Origin: a virus
Lineage: Duplodnaviria; Caudoviricetes
Virus record (IMG/VR): IMGVR_UViG_3300033074_001499
Coordinates: 20,315-84,314 of that record
Reading direction: 5' to 3' (one strand)
DNA: 64,000 bases
The notes below the pieces were generated by a model. The model saw only the letters and a list, made by a program, of their open reading frames with translations. It was not told the DNA's origin and ran no database searches. Shown here one piece after another: positions 9,818-20,221 of this stretch; the stretch's first letter is position 1, and each line of letters opens with the position of its first letter. The translations under genes were made by a program, and so were the position numbers.

Positions 9818-10341
9818 TTATTTCTCCTTAGAATTTCTCTCACTTGCTCTCGTCTTTGCGCTGCATTTGATTTTGGAATTTCATTATTCTCTTTAATGAA
9901 TACTCTGTCTTTCTTTGATTTACAAATCTCAATCACTTGTTTTTCAATAAAAGCATCTTCTAGAGGAATACTAAGTTTTTGGGATAATGTAACAGCAGCG
10001 TGACAATCTTTACACAATTCTCTCAAATCATCAAATGTAACCCAAAGAATCATTTTACTCCATTCAGTGAAAGATTGCCAATCTTTAAAACCATAACCAC
10101 CTTCAATGTGGTCCACCTCACAATCTCTTGATTGTTTTCCACACATCTCACAATCACTCACCCAAACATCCTTGTTATTACGGCCCACAGGGGCCTTATA
10201 TCGACGAGATTGTTTGTAGGCTATCTTGATAGGGTGGCGAGTCCAAACACGTCTAATTGAGCTTCTTAGCCAATTAAAATAGGCTTTTTCATCTTTCCAA
10301 ACGTGAGGAACATCGTCCCATGGATTTCTACTCATTTGCAA
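9814..10341 (-). CDS. HNH/EndoVII-like endonuclease (candidate resolvase)
   Basis: CEMCG...EVDHI...LCKDCH zinc-HNH; replication module location. Confidence 0.75.
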   Translation of the reverse strand: MQMSRNPWDDVPHVWKDEKAYFNWLRSSIRRVWTRHPIKIAYKQSRRYKAPVGRNNKDVWVSDCEMCGKQSRDCEVDHIEGGYGFKDWQSFTEWSKMILWVTFDDLRELCKDCHAAVTLSQKLSIPLEDAFIEKQVIEICKSKKDRVFIKENNEIPKSNAAQRREQVREILRRNK

Positions 10342-11074
10342 AATCTCTTGGAAAGTTCAGATTAGCAAATTCTCCAAAAATTTCAAACGCTCTTTTATCA
10401 TAGTCTATGGCGGCTTCAATTTCCGTGTCAAAAACTTTATCATAAGATATATCATTTATCGTCAAACTTGAAATCCACTTCCCTCTCTCGCACCAAACAC
10501 CTTTGTAAGGACTTCCACTTTTTGAAATCTTTTTAGAAGAATTTCTTGCGTTTTGTTGAGGTGTTACAACCCTTAAATTTTCAATTCTGTTATCATTGGG
10601 GTCATTGTTAATATGATCTAACATCCCCTCTGGGTCTTCGCCTGTAAGAAGTTTCCAAATTATTCTGTGACCTTTAAATAGCTTATTACCGAATCTAATT
10701 TCTAAATAACCGTTTCTACTATGATAATGACCGGCCACCTTCCCTTCAAATTTTGCATTAAATATTTTACAGCTTTTTTCATTTTTGAAATGTGCTAAAG
10801 GCCTGGAACGCCAAACCAACTCACCTGTTTTAAAAACATAATCAAAACACTCTCTCAAATAATCTTGTGACGGTAGGTTTTTACCTTTTGGGTTGAAATT
10901 TTGTTTTGCCTTACTTCCGTTCTGTCTCCATCTACTGGTCACGAGTCTTGCACATTCCACACAAGAACCACTCTCAACTTTCCTCTGTGCAATGTGTCCA
11001 TTTTTACATGGTTTACCAGTAAAATAACGAGTAAACCCAAGGTCTATAGCTGTTTTTCTGTCTATTATTTCCAT
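10328..11074 (-). CDS. HNH homing endonuclease
   Basis: GHRIIW...LDHINNDPNDNRIENLR; N-terminal Zn module; AP2-like C-terminus. Confidence 0.88.
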   Translation of the reverse strand: MEIIDRKTAIDLGFTRYFTGKPCKNGHIAQRKVESGSCVECARLVTSRWRQNGSKAKQNFNPKGKNLPSQDYLRECFDYVFKTGELVWRSRPLAHFKNEKSCKIFNAKFEGKVAGHYHSRNGYLEIRFGNKLFKGHRIIWKLLTGEDPEGMLDHINNDPNDNRIENLRVVTPQQNARNSSKKISKSGSPYKGVWCERGKWISSLTINDISYDKVFDTEIEAAIDYDKRAFEIFGEFANLNFPRDFANE

Positions 11075-12069
11075 TAGATAATCCCGTGGTTTAAGAGAAC
11101 ATCCTTCAGTTCAATTTTATTTTCAAGTTCTTTTTTAGTTCGTAACATTCTAGCAAGATGCCAATTTTCAGATGCAACGTAAAGCCAGTCGATTTCAAAC
11201 TTATCGCCTCGCCATCCTTCAATAATTTTAGGTGCGGGATAAAGCATCTTATACACGGCAACAATGGCCTCTAAAGCTTGCTTATCATTTGTACAGTTGA
11301 CCAAAGCATAGTATGCTTTTTTATCGCCCCATCGCTTATCACTTGCGGAGTTAGCAGCATATCCATCTGCTTTATCTGAAGCACAACATTGCCAGTAGAA
11401 AAATATACGTCCCTCTCCTCTGACTTTATTCTTCGAGTCTAAAAATAAATGCCCAAATTTATTACAGTTGACAATTCCACGATGTTGTTGATTACGATCC
11501 CAGACATTAATTGGACAACCCCAGAAATCTTTATCTTCAATAAGAGCAAAACGATCTGGACGTTTAAAACACTCAATAACTACACGATCATCGTTTTCAA
11601 TCTGAGTTACAATCTCTGCATTAAATTTTTTCTTTAAATAGTGAGACACTTCTTCCAAAAGTAAAGGCTTTAGAAGACTCTCTCTATCTTTATATTTCTG
11701 AATTGTGGACAAATCTACACGAAAAGATTCTCCTTCTCCAAGGAAAGCTAAATAATTTTCTGCACCAGAGAGCTTCAAATCTTTTTCTACCATAACCCTA
11801 GCTGTGTGCAAAACATTCTCAATAGGTTCAGCACGCTGGATATCTTCATATTCAAATTCATCCCAAAGAAAAGGGCTAGTACGATTTTTATTAATTTCTG
11901 CTAATTTCCCTCCTGATTTTTTTAAGTGGTGGCCGTAAAAATCCGTACGTGTTGGTAGCTCCAGTGTCCTGCCTGTGGTTTTGTGAGTAATCAGTACAGA
12001 TCGCGACTCTCCGGCAGCTGCTGCGTGGTACTTATACAGGTCAAGATCGACAATTGCTGTTTTAGTCAT
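11074..12069 (-). CDS. 5'-3' exonuclease (FEN/RNase H-like)
   Basis: IVDLD, FR..Y.D..KP, ENDD, EDKDF, DKADG acidic motifs. Confidence 0.85.
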   Translation of the reverse strand: MTKTAIVDLDLYKYHAAAAGESRSVLITHKTTGRTLELPTRTDFYGHHLKKSGGKLAEINKNRTSPFLWDEFEYEDIQRAEPIENVLHTARVMVEKDLKLSGAENYLAFLGEGESFRVDLSTIQKYKDRESLLKPLLLEEVSHYLKKKFNAEIVTQIENDDRVVIECFKRPDRFALIEDKDFWGCPINVWDRNQQHRGIVNCNKFGHLFLDSKNKVRGEGRIFFYWQCCASDKADGYAANSASDKRWGDKKAYYALVNCTNDKQALEAIVAVYKMLYPAPKIIEGWRGDKFEIDWLYVASENWHLARMLRTKKELENKIELKDVLLNHGII

Positions 12070-12180
12070 TGTTCTTCTTCATAAAGCTGAATCAAATCAT
12101 CAAGACAAGGGACATGATCTTGCAGAAAATCAATCAACCCTTCATACCATTCAATAATTTCATCTTTTGTCTCTGTATCA

Positions 12181-12483
12181 TTAAAATACATGTGCACCTC
12201 CTTTCACTACAGGAGTGATACCTGTAATTTTCTCAAACTTTTCTGAAGCTTCTTTAACGTTTTCAACCAACTCTTTAAGAGGTACTTCATTCATTATGTG
12301 AAAACCAATAAACCATTCTTCTTTAGGGCTGTCATAAGCTGGACTCATGTAATCAAAATAATATTCAATGACCTCATAAATATTACCAAAAACATCATCA
12401 GAATCACACTTTTCTTTTAGCCATGATTCCATATCTGAATAGTGGAGTCCAACCATCAGTTTGTCACGAATGTCTCTACTCAT
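12181..12483 (-). CDS. Hypothetical protein
   Basis: ORF track. Confidence 0.7.
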   Translation of the reverse strand: MSRDIRDKLMVGLHYSDMESWLKEKCDSDDVFGNIYEVIEYYFDYMSPAYDSPKEEWFIGFHIMNEVPLKELVENVKEASEKFEKITGITPVVKGGAHVF

Positions 12484-12734
12484 TATTCCTCTCCTGCAAG
12501 TTCTTCGTATTTCTTGAATACAGCAATCGCTAACTCTTTCTTTTCATTAAAATCTTGCTTTGCTTTTAATTTTGCAGCTTGCGCAATCACTTTAATCTCA
12601 TCACTGGCAATGCCACTTGGATTGTCTTCGGGATGATATTTAACATCAGCTTTCAGTTGACGAATATCTTCAGACAGAGTGAGTTTTTCAGCTTCTAGTT
12701 GTGCTAGACGATTAAATAGTTCTACTTCTTTCAT
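12483..12734 (-). CDS. GapR/T4 DsbA-like dsDNA-binding protein
   Basis: RLAQLEAEKLTLSEDIRQLK resembles the GapR (DUF2312) helix; recognised by eye. Confidence 0.55.
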   Translation of the reverse strand: MKEVELFNRLAQLEAEKLTLSEDIRQLKADVKYHPEDNPSGIASDEIKVIAQAAKLKAKQDFNEKKELAIAVFKKYEELAGEE

Positions 12735-12745
12735 ATTATTTCTCC

Positions 12746-12958
12746 TTAGAAATTAACGATTTCAAATTTAGTAATGTAACCACCTTGCCGATGTAGTTTT
12801 CTAACAGCATCAATAAAATCGTAGGGTGTCTCATAGGTTCGACCTTTACCAACTTTTTCGTATTCGCAAAATACATGAATGTTTTCAGGGCACATTTCTT
12901 TGTAAAACACCCCACTTACAAACACCGTTTGAGTTTTTCGTTTAAAGAAATCAAACAT
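12746..12958 (-). CDS. Hypothetical protein
   Basis: ORF track, AGGAG RBS. Confidence 0.7.
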   Translation of the reverse strand: MFDFFKRKTQTVFVSGVFYKEMCPENIHVFCEYEKVGKGRTYETPYDFIDAVRKLHRQGGYITKFEIVNF

Positions 12959-12973
12959 AATATTCTCCTTTAT

Positions 12974-13156
12974 TCAATCTATAATAATGTGACAGTTTTT
13001 AACTTCTACTTTGATTCCAAGCTCTCGAAGAAGAGCTGGAACATCTCTTACATAATCAAAGTCCCAAAAATTACCAAAAGCTATAGTACGACCATTAATC
13101 AGCACCTCAAGCATTTCAGTATTTTTATCCACCAAGAAATCAACTTTATCAGTCAT
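12974..13156 (-). CDS. Hypothetical protein
   Basis: ORF track. Confidence 0.65.
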   Translation of the reverse strand: MTDKVDFLVDKNTEMLEVLINGRTIAFGNFWDFDYVRDVPALLRELGIKVEVKNCHIIID

Positions 13157-13350
13157 TCCTTATCCTCCCAAAATCCAAAATTCATAAAACCATCTGAATC
13201 TTTTTGAAATTGGAGTTTAGCATAATCTACACAGTCTAGTTCCATGTCGAATTTCTCAAGGATAGACCATGTGTGATTGTTTGGGACAAGGTGGCCAAGA
13301 ATTACATTGAGAATATAATATTCACGCTCTGTTAGCTCTACATTAATCAT
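13153..13350 (-). CDS. Hypothetical protein
   Basis: ORF track. Confidence 0.65.
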   Translation of the reverse strand: MINVELTEREYYILNVILGHLVPNNHTWSILEKFDMELDCVDYAKLQFQKDSDGFMNFGFWEDKE

Positions 13351-13364
13351 TTAATTTTCCCCTT

Positions 13365-13392
13365 TAAAAGAAAGGGGAACAATGTTCCCCTT
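13365..13392 (-). terminator. Intrinsic terminator after SSB gene
   Basis: AAGGGGAAC-ATT-GTTCCCCTT plus T-rich tail. Confidence 0.8.
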
Positions 13393-13406
13393 ATTTACCT
13401 GTTACA

Positions 13407-14396
13407 TCAGAAAGGAATATCTTGATCGAAAGAATCAACATCCATAGCTTCCTTTTCTTGTTTTGACAGCTTTTCCTTAGCTACCGGAACGGAAGGTTCT
13501 TCTTTTTGATTATTAGATTTAAGGACGTCTAGAGCTTTTTGAAGATCACTGCCTTCAAAATTCTGAGCCATACGCATAGTGTTCACTACACTTTGACGAA
13601 GTTGTTTTAGAATTTTAGGGTCTTGAACTCCTTTAAAATTAACGCCATAAATATATTCCTGGGGCAGCTCTGGAATCATCGGCACCATCACATCGGGCAC
13701 TTGACCAGATAGTTTAATCTTCTCATTCAGGTAATGTTTACCACCTGACTCTTGCAGGAAGACCTGCACTTCAAAAAGAGCAGCTTTACCGAGAAGTTTA
13801 CCAATCATGTGTGGTTTAAAACGACCATTCTCATCAAGCACATCAGTAGCAGATGCCAGCTTATGAATCTGAGTGTTAGATTTAAAGCTCCATGAGCCGT
13901 CATCATTCCGAACTTCTTTTACATTATACGGCTTGCCAACAACTTTTCCGATTTCTTTAATGTAGAATTCTCCGTTCAATAGAAGACGCAGCGGATGCTC
14001 TTTTGAGTCTTCGTCTCCAAAAAATTGCCCTTGATTAATCATGACCCCTGGGAAATCCACAGTAAATGCTACCTGTTGACAAGGCTTTACTTTCCAGCGT
14101 TTGTAACGAGTAGGAACACCTTTGTCATTTGGCAGTGTTTCAAAGTATTGCTCTGGATTTTTCTCTAGCTCTGCTGCTTCATCAGCCTCATCCCCTTTGA
14201 ATTCCATTTTAGCATCTTCTTGAGCCTGGAGACCAAGATCAATTACACCACTGATGATACCGATCATCGCCTTAGCTTTTTTCTGAGTGCCAACTTTTTC
14301 AACAATGTATTTAGCACGAGCATCCCAGTCAACTTGAGGACGATCAGAATTATTAGCAGTGTTAGTGTTTACGTTTTCAACATTAAATTCAAACAT
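13407..14396 (-). CDS. Putative single-stranded DNA-binding protein
   Basis: Acidic tail ending DQDIPF; position near polymerase; own terminator. Confidence 0.65.
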   Translation of the reverse strand: MFEFNVENVNTNTANNSDRPQVDWDARAKYIVEKVGTQKKAKAMIGIISGVIDLGLQAQEDAKMEFKGDEADEAAELEKNPEQYFETLPNDKGVPTRYKRWKVKPCQQVAFTVDFPGVMINQGQFFGDEDSKEHPLRLLLNGEFYIKEIGKVVGKPYNVKEVRNDDGSWSFKSNTQIHKLASATDVLDENGRFKPHMIGKLLGKAALFEVQVFLQESGGKHYLNEKIKLSGQVPDVMVPMIPELPQEYIYGVNFKGVQDPKILKQLRQSVVNTMRMAQNFEGSDLQKALDVLKSNNQKEEPSVPVAKEKLSKQEKEAMDVDSFDQDIPF

Positions 14397-14481
14397 ATTA
14401 TTTCCTTTTTGCAGTTTTTAAGTTTTGAGACTTCGCTCAGTTTTGGTGTTGCAATAATCAAGTATTGCTACTTGAATTCTT

Positions 14482-14685
14482 TCAAAGCTTTTTAAGCTCG
14501 CGGTAGATTGATTTTTCACAATTAGCAACTAGACCAATTGTGTGCACATAATAAGGTTTCACATTACCAGTCAGATCAGTGAAAGCACGAACATTTTTAT
14601 ACACCACTTCGTATTGTTCATAAGGAAGACCAACAGAAGCCTTCTGAGCGATTTTACGTAGAGCTTTAGATTTACGAGCATTCAT
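14482..14685 (-). CDS. Hypothetical protein
   Basis: ORF track, AGGAG RBS. Confidence 0.7.
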   Translation of the reverse strand: MNARKSKALRKIAQKASVGLPYEQYEVVYKNVRAFTDLTGNVKPYYVHTIGLVANCEKSIYRELKKL

Positions 14686-14700
14686 TATTTATTTTCTCCT

Positions 14701-14901
14701 TTATTTAAGATTACGATTTGTAATCACACCAATAGTGACAGCAATGAGAATCAGAGTTAAAGCAATTGTAAGAGGAATCCAAAAAGGAGACAGTACCCAT
14801 ACCCAACTCCAAGTTGCAACAACACCAATACCAGCAAGTTTTAGCGTTACAAAAATCAGACCAAGAATTCCAAAGATAGGAAATTGAGTAGATTTATTCA
14901 T
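14701..14901 (-). CDS. Two-helix membrane protein
   Basis: LIFVTLKL.G...WSWVWVLSPFWIP, a common phage membrane family. Confidence 0.75.
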   Translation of the reverse strand: MNKSTQFPIFGILGLIFVTLKLAGIGVVATWSWVWVLSPFWIPLTIALTLILIAVTIGVITNRNLK

Positions 14902-15095
14902 TTTATCGCACCACACTATCAAAAGCTAGACGAACAATCACTTGTTTGTGACCATGTTGTTTTGCATATCGTACGTTATGACGAGCAGATTCACGAGTGG
15001 TGAAAATATCAATCAAACCCACGTCTTCATCAATAACAGCCCAACCCTTTACATTATTTACGTCACGTTTAAATTGTTTCATTTACTTTCTCCAA

Positions 15096-15299
15096 TCAAA
15101 TCACATTATCAATTAAACGTTTATAACGGTCTAAATCTTCATCGTCTTCTTCCAAAGTCTGGTCAATATACATTTCATCAATTTCAAAAGGACTAAGACT
15201 GATTTCATCACTTACAAGATCGAAAGCGTGTTCTTCCGACTCAGCATTAGTAACAAGAAATTCCGAATAAGCTTTTACCCTCACAACATAATTAGTCAT
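15096..15299 (-). CDS. Acidic hypothetical protein
   Basis: 19 D/E versus 5 K/R in 67 aa. Confidence 0.7.
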   Translation of the reverse strand: MTNYVVRVKAYSEFLVTNAESEEHAFDLVSDEISLSPFEIDEMYIDQTLEEDDEDLDRYKRLIDNVI

Positions 15300-15508
15300 T
15301 GTAGTTTCTCCAGTTTATCTTGCAGTTCTTTAATTTGACGTTCAAGAGATTTCTTTACAAACTCTTTGTCAGCCTTCTCCACTTCAAGCTTTAGGTCTTC
15401 TTCTGCAATCCAATATTCATAGCCTGAGCTGGTCGTTAAATTTACACCCTCGTCGCACAAGTCATTCACAATCACTTCAATCTTAAATTTATCACCAATT
15501 TTAAACAT
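15296..15508 (-). CDS. Hypothetical protein with C-terminal coiled coil
   Basis: ORF track, AGGAG RBS. Confidence 0.7.
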   Translation of the reverse strand: MFKIGDKFKIEVIVNDLCDEGVNLTTSSGYEYWIAEEDLKLEVEKADKEFVKKSLERQIKELQDKLEKLQ

Positions 15509-15542
15509 TTATTTTCTCCTTTGTTTTCAACACATGGCATCT

Positions 15543-15570
15543 ATTGTACACTAAAACAAAAAGATGTCAA
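15543..15570 (-). promoter_or_regulatory. Sigma70-type promoter
   Basis: TTGACA-N16-TACAAT with TG upstream of -10. Confidence 0.7.
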
Positions 15571-15586
15571 GCTTTATTTTACACCA

Positions 15587-18139
15587 TCAATGGCAATTTT
15601 CCCAATTTCTTCCTAGCATATATCCTGCCGTCAGATCAATAACCATATTGTAATCCTTACCTGATTGATTAACAGCTTCGATAGCTAGTTGCCCTGCCTT
15701 ACAATACGCTACATAAAATCCTCCTTTTGGGGATGGTTTAACATCACTCCAAATTTCACCGAACTCTGTAAAACGCAGATTCTTGAATTCTTCTGTTTCC
15801 TCTTTAGTTTGAAACATTTTAAATTTTACAGATTTCTTGTTCACCTCTAATTGTGCTTCGTCATGGTAAGCAATTAGTTGTTGACAAAAATCTTGAGTGG
15901 TCAAATTGTCAGAAAAGAAATCTACAAGAAGATTATTCTCTTTCAACTTACGATCATGAATCACCATAGCTCTTTTAGCACAAATAACACCAGCACTTTG
16001 AAATTTACTGTTAAGAATTGCGTGAGCTGATCGCGTAGGAACAAGTCGGCCATCAATCCCTACAATACGTTTCTTATCAAAAGAAGTCCATTCTTTGTTC
16101 AACGCATCTTTTAGTTTTTTCAAAGGAGCGGCAGCTTCCCAAAAAGCTTCAAAAATCTGATTACCTGTCTCTACATCACAACCAATAGTCTTGGCAATTT
16201 TTGGACCCTGCGCACCGTAGGTTGCTCCATATTTTACAGCTTTTGCAGGAGAACGTCCAAACTCCCTGGCAATAATTGCAGAAATCTTCTCAGCCATCTT
16301 AGTATGCACGTCATTTGGTTTATCCAAAAGCAGAGAATTACAATATTCTTTCTGATTACCTTGCTCGTATGGCCAACAGAAATTAGCCTCCTCTCGTGCT
16401 TCTAGACTATCAAAATCGTAACCAATTTGATAACAATCGTCGTCTACCCCAAACATAGCTCGCATGTTAGCACCATAAAGAGATGTTACACGAGGAATGT
16501 TTGTTACTAACCGATGTTTGAAACGAGATGTTGCAGCGCCGCAGGTATCAGCAGGAGTTGGAATACGTCCATCTTCTCTTACAGCAGCTAAATAACCCTT
16601 CTCTGGTTCTTCGTCATCCTCCCAATCAGCACCGCCGCCTAGAATACTGTTACGGCGGTGCCTGTAAGTTAGATATTCTGTAATATCAGTGATACAATTT
16701 AATTCTTCTTTAGAATTGGCAAGTTCTTGTAGATTAGGGCAAATTTCTTTTTCTTGTCCTACGGTAAAACTAGGATTTGTTAGTACACGAATTCCCCCAC
16801 GGCGTTCGGTACGTTTGACAAGCTCGTGTTTTAGCTTGTTTGCAATACTTTCTTTGCTCATTCTAGGGCCTACACTGATACCCAGATGTTCACAACGATC
16901 TTTACAAAAATTACTATCTACTGTTTGCTCTACGTAGCGTTCAATAGCCGCTTTGAGTTTTTCAGGAGGTAGTCTGTTCTTTTTAACATCTACAGTCAAA
17001 TCTTTTTCCTTATATTCAGAAGGAGCCCAACCCAGGCCAACCAACCATTCTTTAATGTGTGTTGTATCATTAATTGTGGCTTCCATACTGTTAACTAAAG
17101 GTTCTAATGGTAGAGGAAGACTGTACTCTTTACCTTCAAACAAAAACAGATTCTCTTTAATCTCTGCCCCAATTTTTTCTGCAAATTTAATAAGGTTTGA
17201 AGATATATCACCATTCTTTTTAAACTGAATTTTTGGGGGAGTAAAATCAGACTGAACTTTCTTTGTGGCGGTGCGGGGAGGAAGAATTTTCTCAATCTTC
17301 TCTTTACGTTCCTGCATTAATTTATCAAGTTCATCCAAATTTCTTTGTGCCAAACCCATATCAAACTTGAAGCCTCGGTGCTCTTGTCGAGTAACCAACT
17401 CAGCAACAGCTTTTTCTAATTTGATTGCTTTATTCCATTTATCGTTCCATCCGTATAATTTCATCTCTTCATCAAGCTGCTTAGCTACAGCTTTATTAGC
17501 CTTAACGTCCCAAATGTTGTAATAAAGCATATCTGGACCGAAATGTTTAAATCGTTCCTCTTGTGGGATATGTTTACGGAATTGTATTTTTTGTGCTTCT
17601 CCTTTTTGTGACAAATTGTCCAGAGAGTGACCACCAAAACGATCAGGATTCAAAGTTTTTGAACGCACCAACGTATCATCAAAAATTACTTTCTTACCGT
17701 CCCAATAGTCATCACCCAATTCTTTATCAATATTCATATCCACTTCTACAGAATAAGGAATATTCCAGTAAAGTTTTACAGCTAGTAGGTCATAATTAAT
17801 TTGGTTGTGAGCAATAACTTTACTATTTTCCGGTATTGCTTTAACAAAATTAGGGAATTCCTCCAATTTTTTATGAATGTAATTTACAGGTATATACCCT
17901 GCCTCAAGTTTGTAAGTAATCCCTTCTACAGTATGAATATACTCACGACCATCGAAATTATATTTTTCTCCGTCGTGAAAACCATACAAATACTCTTTAC
18001 CATTAATCTCTACAGACACAACAATACAGTGAATTTTAAAGCTATCCTTGAGCTTGTAAGGAACGCTTGTATAATCAATACTCTCACTATTCAAAAGATT
18101 GTTGGCTTCGATATCCCAAACAATTTCCCAAGGTTGCAT
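15587..18139 (-). CDS. DNA polymerase, family A, with 3'-5' exonuclease
   Basis: WDIEAN, AHNQINYD, DTLVRS (exo); GYDFDSLEAR (A), AKAVKYGATYG (B), YHDEAQ (C). Confidence 0.97.
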   Translation of the reverse strand: MQPWEIVWDIEANNLLNSESIDYTSVPYKLKDSFKIHCIVVSVEINGKEYLYGFHDGEKYNFDGREYIHTVEGITYKLEAGYIPVNYIHKKLEEFPNFVKAIPENSKVIAHNQINYDLLAVKLYWNIPYSVEVDMNIDKELGDDYWDGKKVIFDDTLVRSKTLNPDRFGGHSLDNLSQKGEAQKIQFRKHIPQEERFKHFGPDMLYYNIWDVKANKAVAKQLDEEMKLYGWNDKWNKAIKLEKAVAELVTRQEHRGFKFDMGLAQRNLDELDKLMQERKEKIEKILPPRTATKKVQSDFTPPKIQFKKNGDISSNLIKFAEKIGAEIKENLFLFEGKEYSLPLPLEPLVNSMEATINDTTHIKEWLVGLGWAPSEYKEKDLTVDVKKNRLPPEKLKAAIERYVEQTVDSNFCKDRCEHLGISVGPRMSKESIANKLKHELVKRTERRGGIRVLTNPSFTVGQEKEICPNLQELANSKEELNCITDITEYLTYRHRRNSILGGGADWEDDEEPEKGYLAAVREDGRIPTPADTCGAATSRFKHRLVTNIPRVTSLYGANMRAMFGVDDDCYQIGYDFDSLEAREEANFCWPYEQGNQKEYCNSLLLDKPNDVHTKMAEKISAIIAREFGRSPAKAVKYGATYGAQGPKIAKTIGCDVETGNQIFEAFWEAAAPLKKLKDALNKEWTSFDKKRIVGIDGRLVPTRSAHAILNSKFQSAGVICAKRAMVIHDRKLKENNLLVDFFSDNLTTQDFCQQLIAYHDEAQLEVNKKSVKFKMFQTKEETEEFKNLRFTEFGEIWSDVKPSPKGGFYVAYCKAGQLAIEAVNQSGKDYNMVIDLTAGYMLGRNWENCH

Positions 18140-18148
18140 AATTTCTCC

Positions 18149-19990
18149 TTAAAAATCAATTTCCTCGTCAATTTGACGAGGATTTTTGTCTAGCCAGTCT
18201 TCCAAATCGTAAAGACGATGGCTTTCATTGCAATAGTAGTAACGACCAGCATCAGGTGCAGTACGCCCAGACCAGCGACATTTAGTGATTTTCATCCGTG
18301 TAGTATTTCGTTCCACAGGGTCTTCAGCTTCTTTATTTCGCATGAAAAGCATATTACAAGAAGCACTTTTAAAGATTGATGATGAGCCTAAAAAATCTTC
18401 CTCATATAGTTCTGCTCCAGTAGAATTAGCTTGTGCACCGCCACTATTTTTACGAACATGGTTAATATTCACAAAAGTAACCTTGTGACTCTTAGTGAAA
18501 CCTTTCATCCATTTCATAAAAACAGCCTGACCTTCAGTTGAAAGACCATCCAATACATCTTGAAGCGGGTCAAGAATAATAATCTTACACTCACACTCAA
18601 TAACAAGACGACTGACTTGCTCTTGAAGGTCTTCTACACTACCGTCGCGTTCATCTACCAGTTTAAACCGATCAGAGCCATCAGAGTGACAGAACAACTC
18701 AAACTCTTTCTTCTGTACATGCTCTTGTAGTAGGAAATCACGTTTTTCTTCTACTGTTTCAATTAGATCAATTTTATACCCAACATGACGCGATAGAAGC
18801 TTAATCCCATATTCACCACTTTCAGATTCAAGACTTACAACACCAATTTTGTAAGGACTATTAAAAATCCAGTAGTAAATACACTCATCAATAATTGTAC
18901 TTTTACCGGCACCGCTCATTGACCCAAGATTTACAATCCTTCCAAGTGGTATACCCCCTGCCATAAGTTTCTGTGCTTTGTGCATAAATGGCGGAAGAGG
19001 AATTTTCTCAACAAGAGCACTTTCCATGATTTTATCGGGAAGTTCAGAACTCCCAACAATACCCACAGGTGAATATTCCCGAGCTTTATAATAGGCGTTG
19101 ATTACTTCTTTCTCTTTACCGGCTCCAAGAGCATCATTAGCATCTTTTTCGGAAATGTTCATAACAAATAGCTTCCGCTTAGGAACTACCTTAGAAACTT
19201 CTTCAAGAGCTTTCATACCCGCCTTATCTTGATCTGGCAGAAAGATGATCTTGTTAAACCGATTTAACCACTCATACTGCATTTGTAGCTGCTTATGTAG
19301 ACCACCCTCACCAATAGTAGAAGAAACTACAGGAACTTCTTTATAGCCTTTCGAAGTCATGTAATCATTCAGCATTTGGTAAGTTGCCATAGCGTCATGC
19401 TCGCCGGAAGTCACAACAACTGTATCAGACTGAGTATTCATGAATTTAAATTGCATAAACAAATCACAATCCTTACCAGTCTCCCCGTAAGGGCTAGTGA
19501 AGTCTTTTGGGTGTTTCCTCACTTTATAACCTGTTAGTTTACCTTCCTTAGTACAAGGATAGTAAGTGGCAGAAACATTCCCGTCTTCCTCGTTATATTC
19601 ATAACGAACGCCGAAAGGTTTACTCGTATCTGTACGAATCCCACGGTAACCTTTACTTTCTACACCAGTAGATGCTTTGATCTTAGCATGAACTTCATCA
19701 TTAAATTCTTTACCCACTAAATCCTCCCAATTAAACACTTCTTCTCGTTTATAACGCTCTGTATCACCAGTTATTGATTCGTAAATCTGCACAGCTTTTG
19801 GAAAGCTACAATTCTCCATTTCCATGATAAATTTAGCAGCATCCCCACCATCGTTACACGCCCCATAACACCAATAACTATCTTCATACACGTGAAGGGA
19901 TGGTGTAGCTTCTCCATGAATAGCACAACACGCTTTGTTATTAGAATTAACATGTCCGCAGTAGTGCTCGATGATCAATTTTATACTCAT
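18149..19990 (-). CDS. DNA primase-helicase (T7 gp4-like)
   Basis: N-terminal Cys/His Zn finger, TOPRIM (TSGEHDA, PDQDKAG), Walker A GSMSGAGKST, IILDPLQ, NHVRK. Confidence 0.95.
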   Translation of the reverse strand: MSIKLIIEHYCGHVNSNNKACCAIHGEATPSLHVYEDSYWCYGACNDGGDAAKFIMEMENCSFPKAVQIYESITGDTERYKREEVFNWEDLVGKEFNDEVHAKIKASTGVESKGYRGIRTDTSKPFGVRYEYNEEDGNVSATYYPCTKEGKLTGYKVRKHPKDFTSPYGETGKDCDLFMQFKFMNTQSDTVVVTSGEHDAMATYQMLNDYMTSKGYKEVPVVSSTIGEGGLHKQLQMQYEWLNRFNKIIFLPDQDKAGMKALEEVSKVVPKRKLFVMNISEKDANDALGAGKEKEVINAYYKAREYSPVGIVGSSELPDKIMESALVEKIPLPPFMHKAQKLMAGGIPLGRIVNLGSMSGAGKSTIIDECIYYWIFNSPYKIGVVSLESESGEYGIKLLSRHVGYKIDLIETVEEKRDFLLQEHVQKKEFELFCHSDGSDRFKLVDERDGSVEDLQEQVSRLVIECECKIIILDPLQDVLDGLSTEGQAVFMKWMKGFTKSHKVTFVNINHVRKNSGGAQANSTGAELYEEDFLGSSSIFKSASCNMLFMRNKEAEDPVERNTTRMKITKCRWSGRTAPDAGRYYYCNESHRLYDLEDWLDKNPRQIDEEIDF

Positions 19991-20221
19991 TTAATCACAA
20001 AGTTCCTTATACATATATTCATATTCTTTAAGACGAATAATTTCATCGAGCATCAAATGAAATAATTTATCACCCAAAACATTTGATGTACCTGCATACC
20101 AGTGTTCTCCATTTCGATATAAAATCGTTTTATAAGTATTTCCATCACGAACAACCTTATATTTACCATTATCAAACTCAAAAACTTCTTCCATGTTTAA
20201 TCCTCTCTTGTTTATTTGCAA
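19991..20221 (-). CDS. Hypothetical protein (start uncertain)
   Basis: ORF track. Confidence 0.65.
   Translation of the reverse strand: MQINKRGLNMEEVFEFDNGKYKVVRDGNTYKTILYRNGEHWYAGTSNVLGDKLFHLMLDEIIRLKEYEYMYKELCD

Noticed and set aside
710-19990. Group I introns or inteins in nrdA, nrdB, polymerase or helicase
   Set aside because: All are uninterrupted ORFs of expected size with contiguous motifs.
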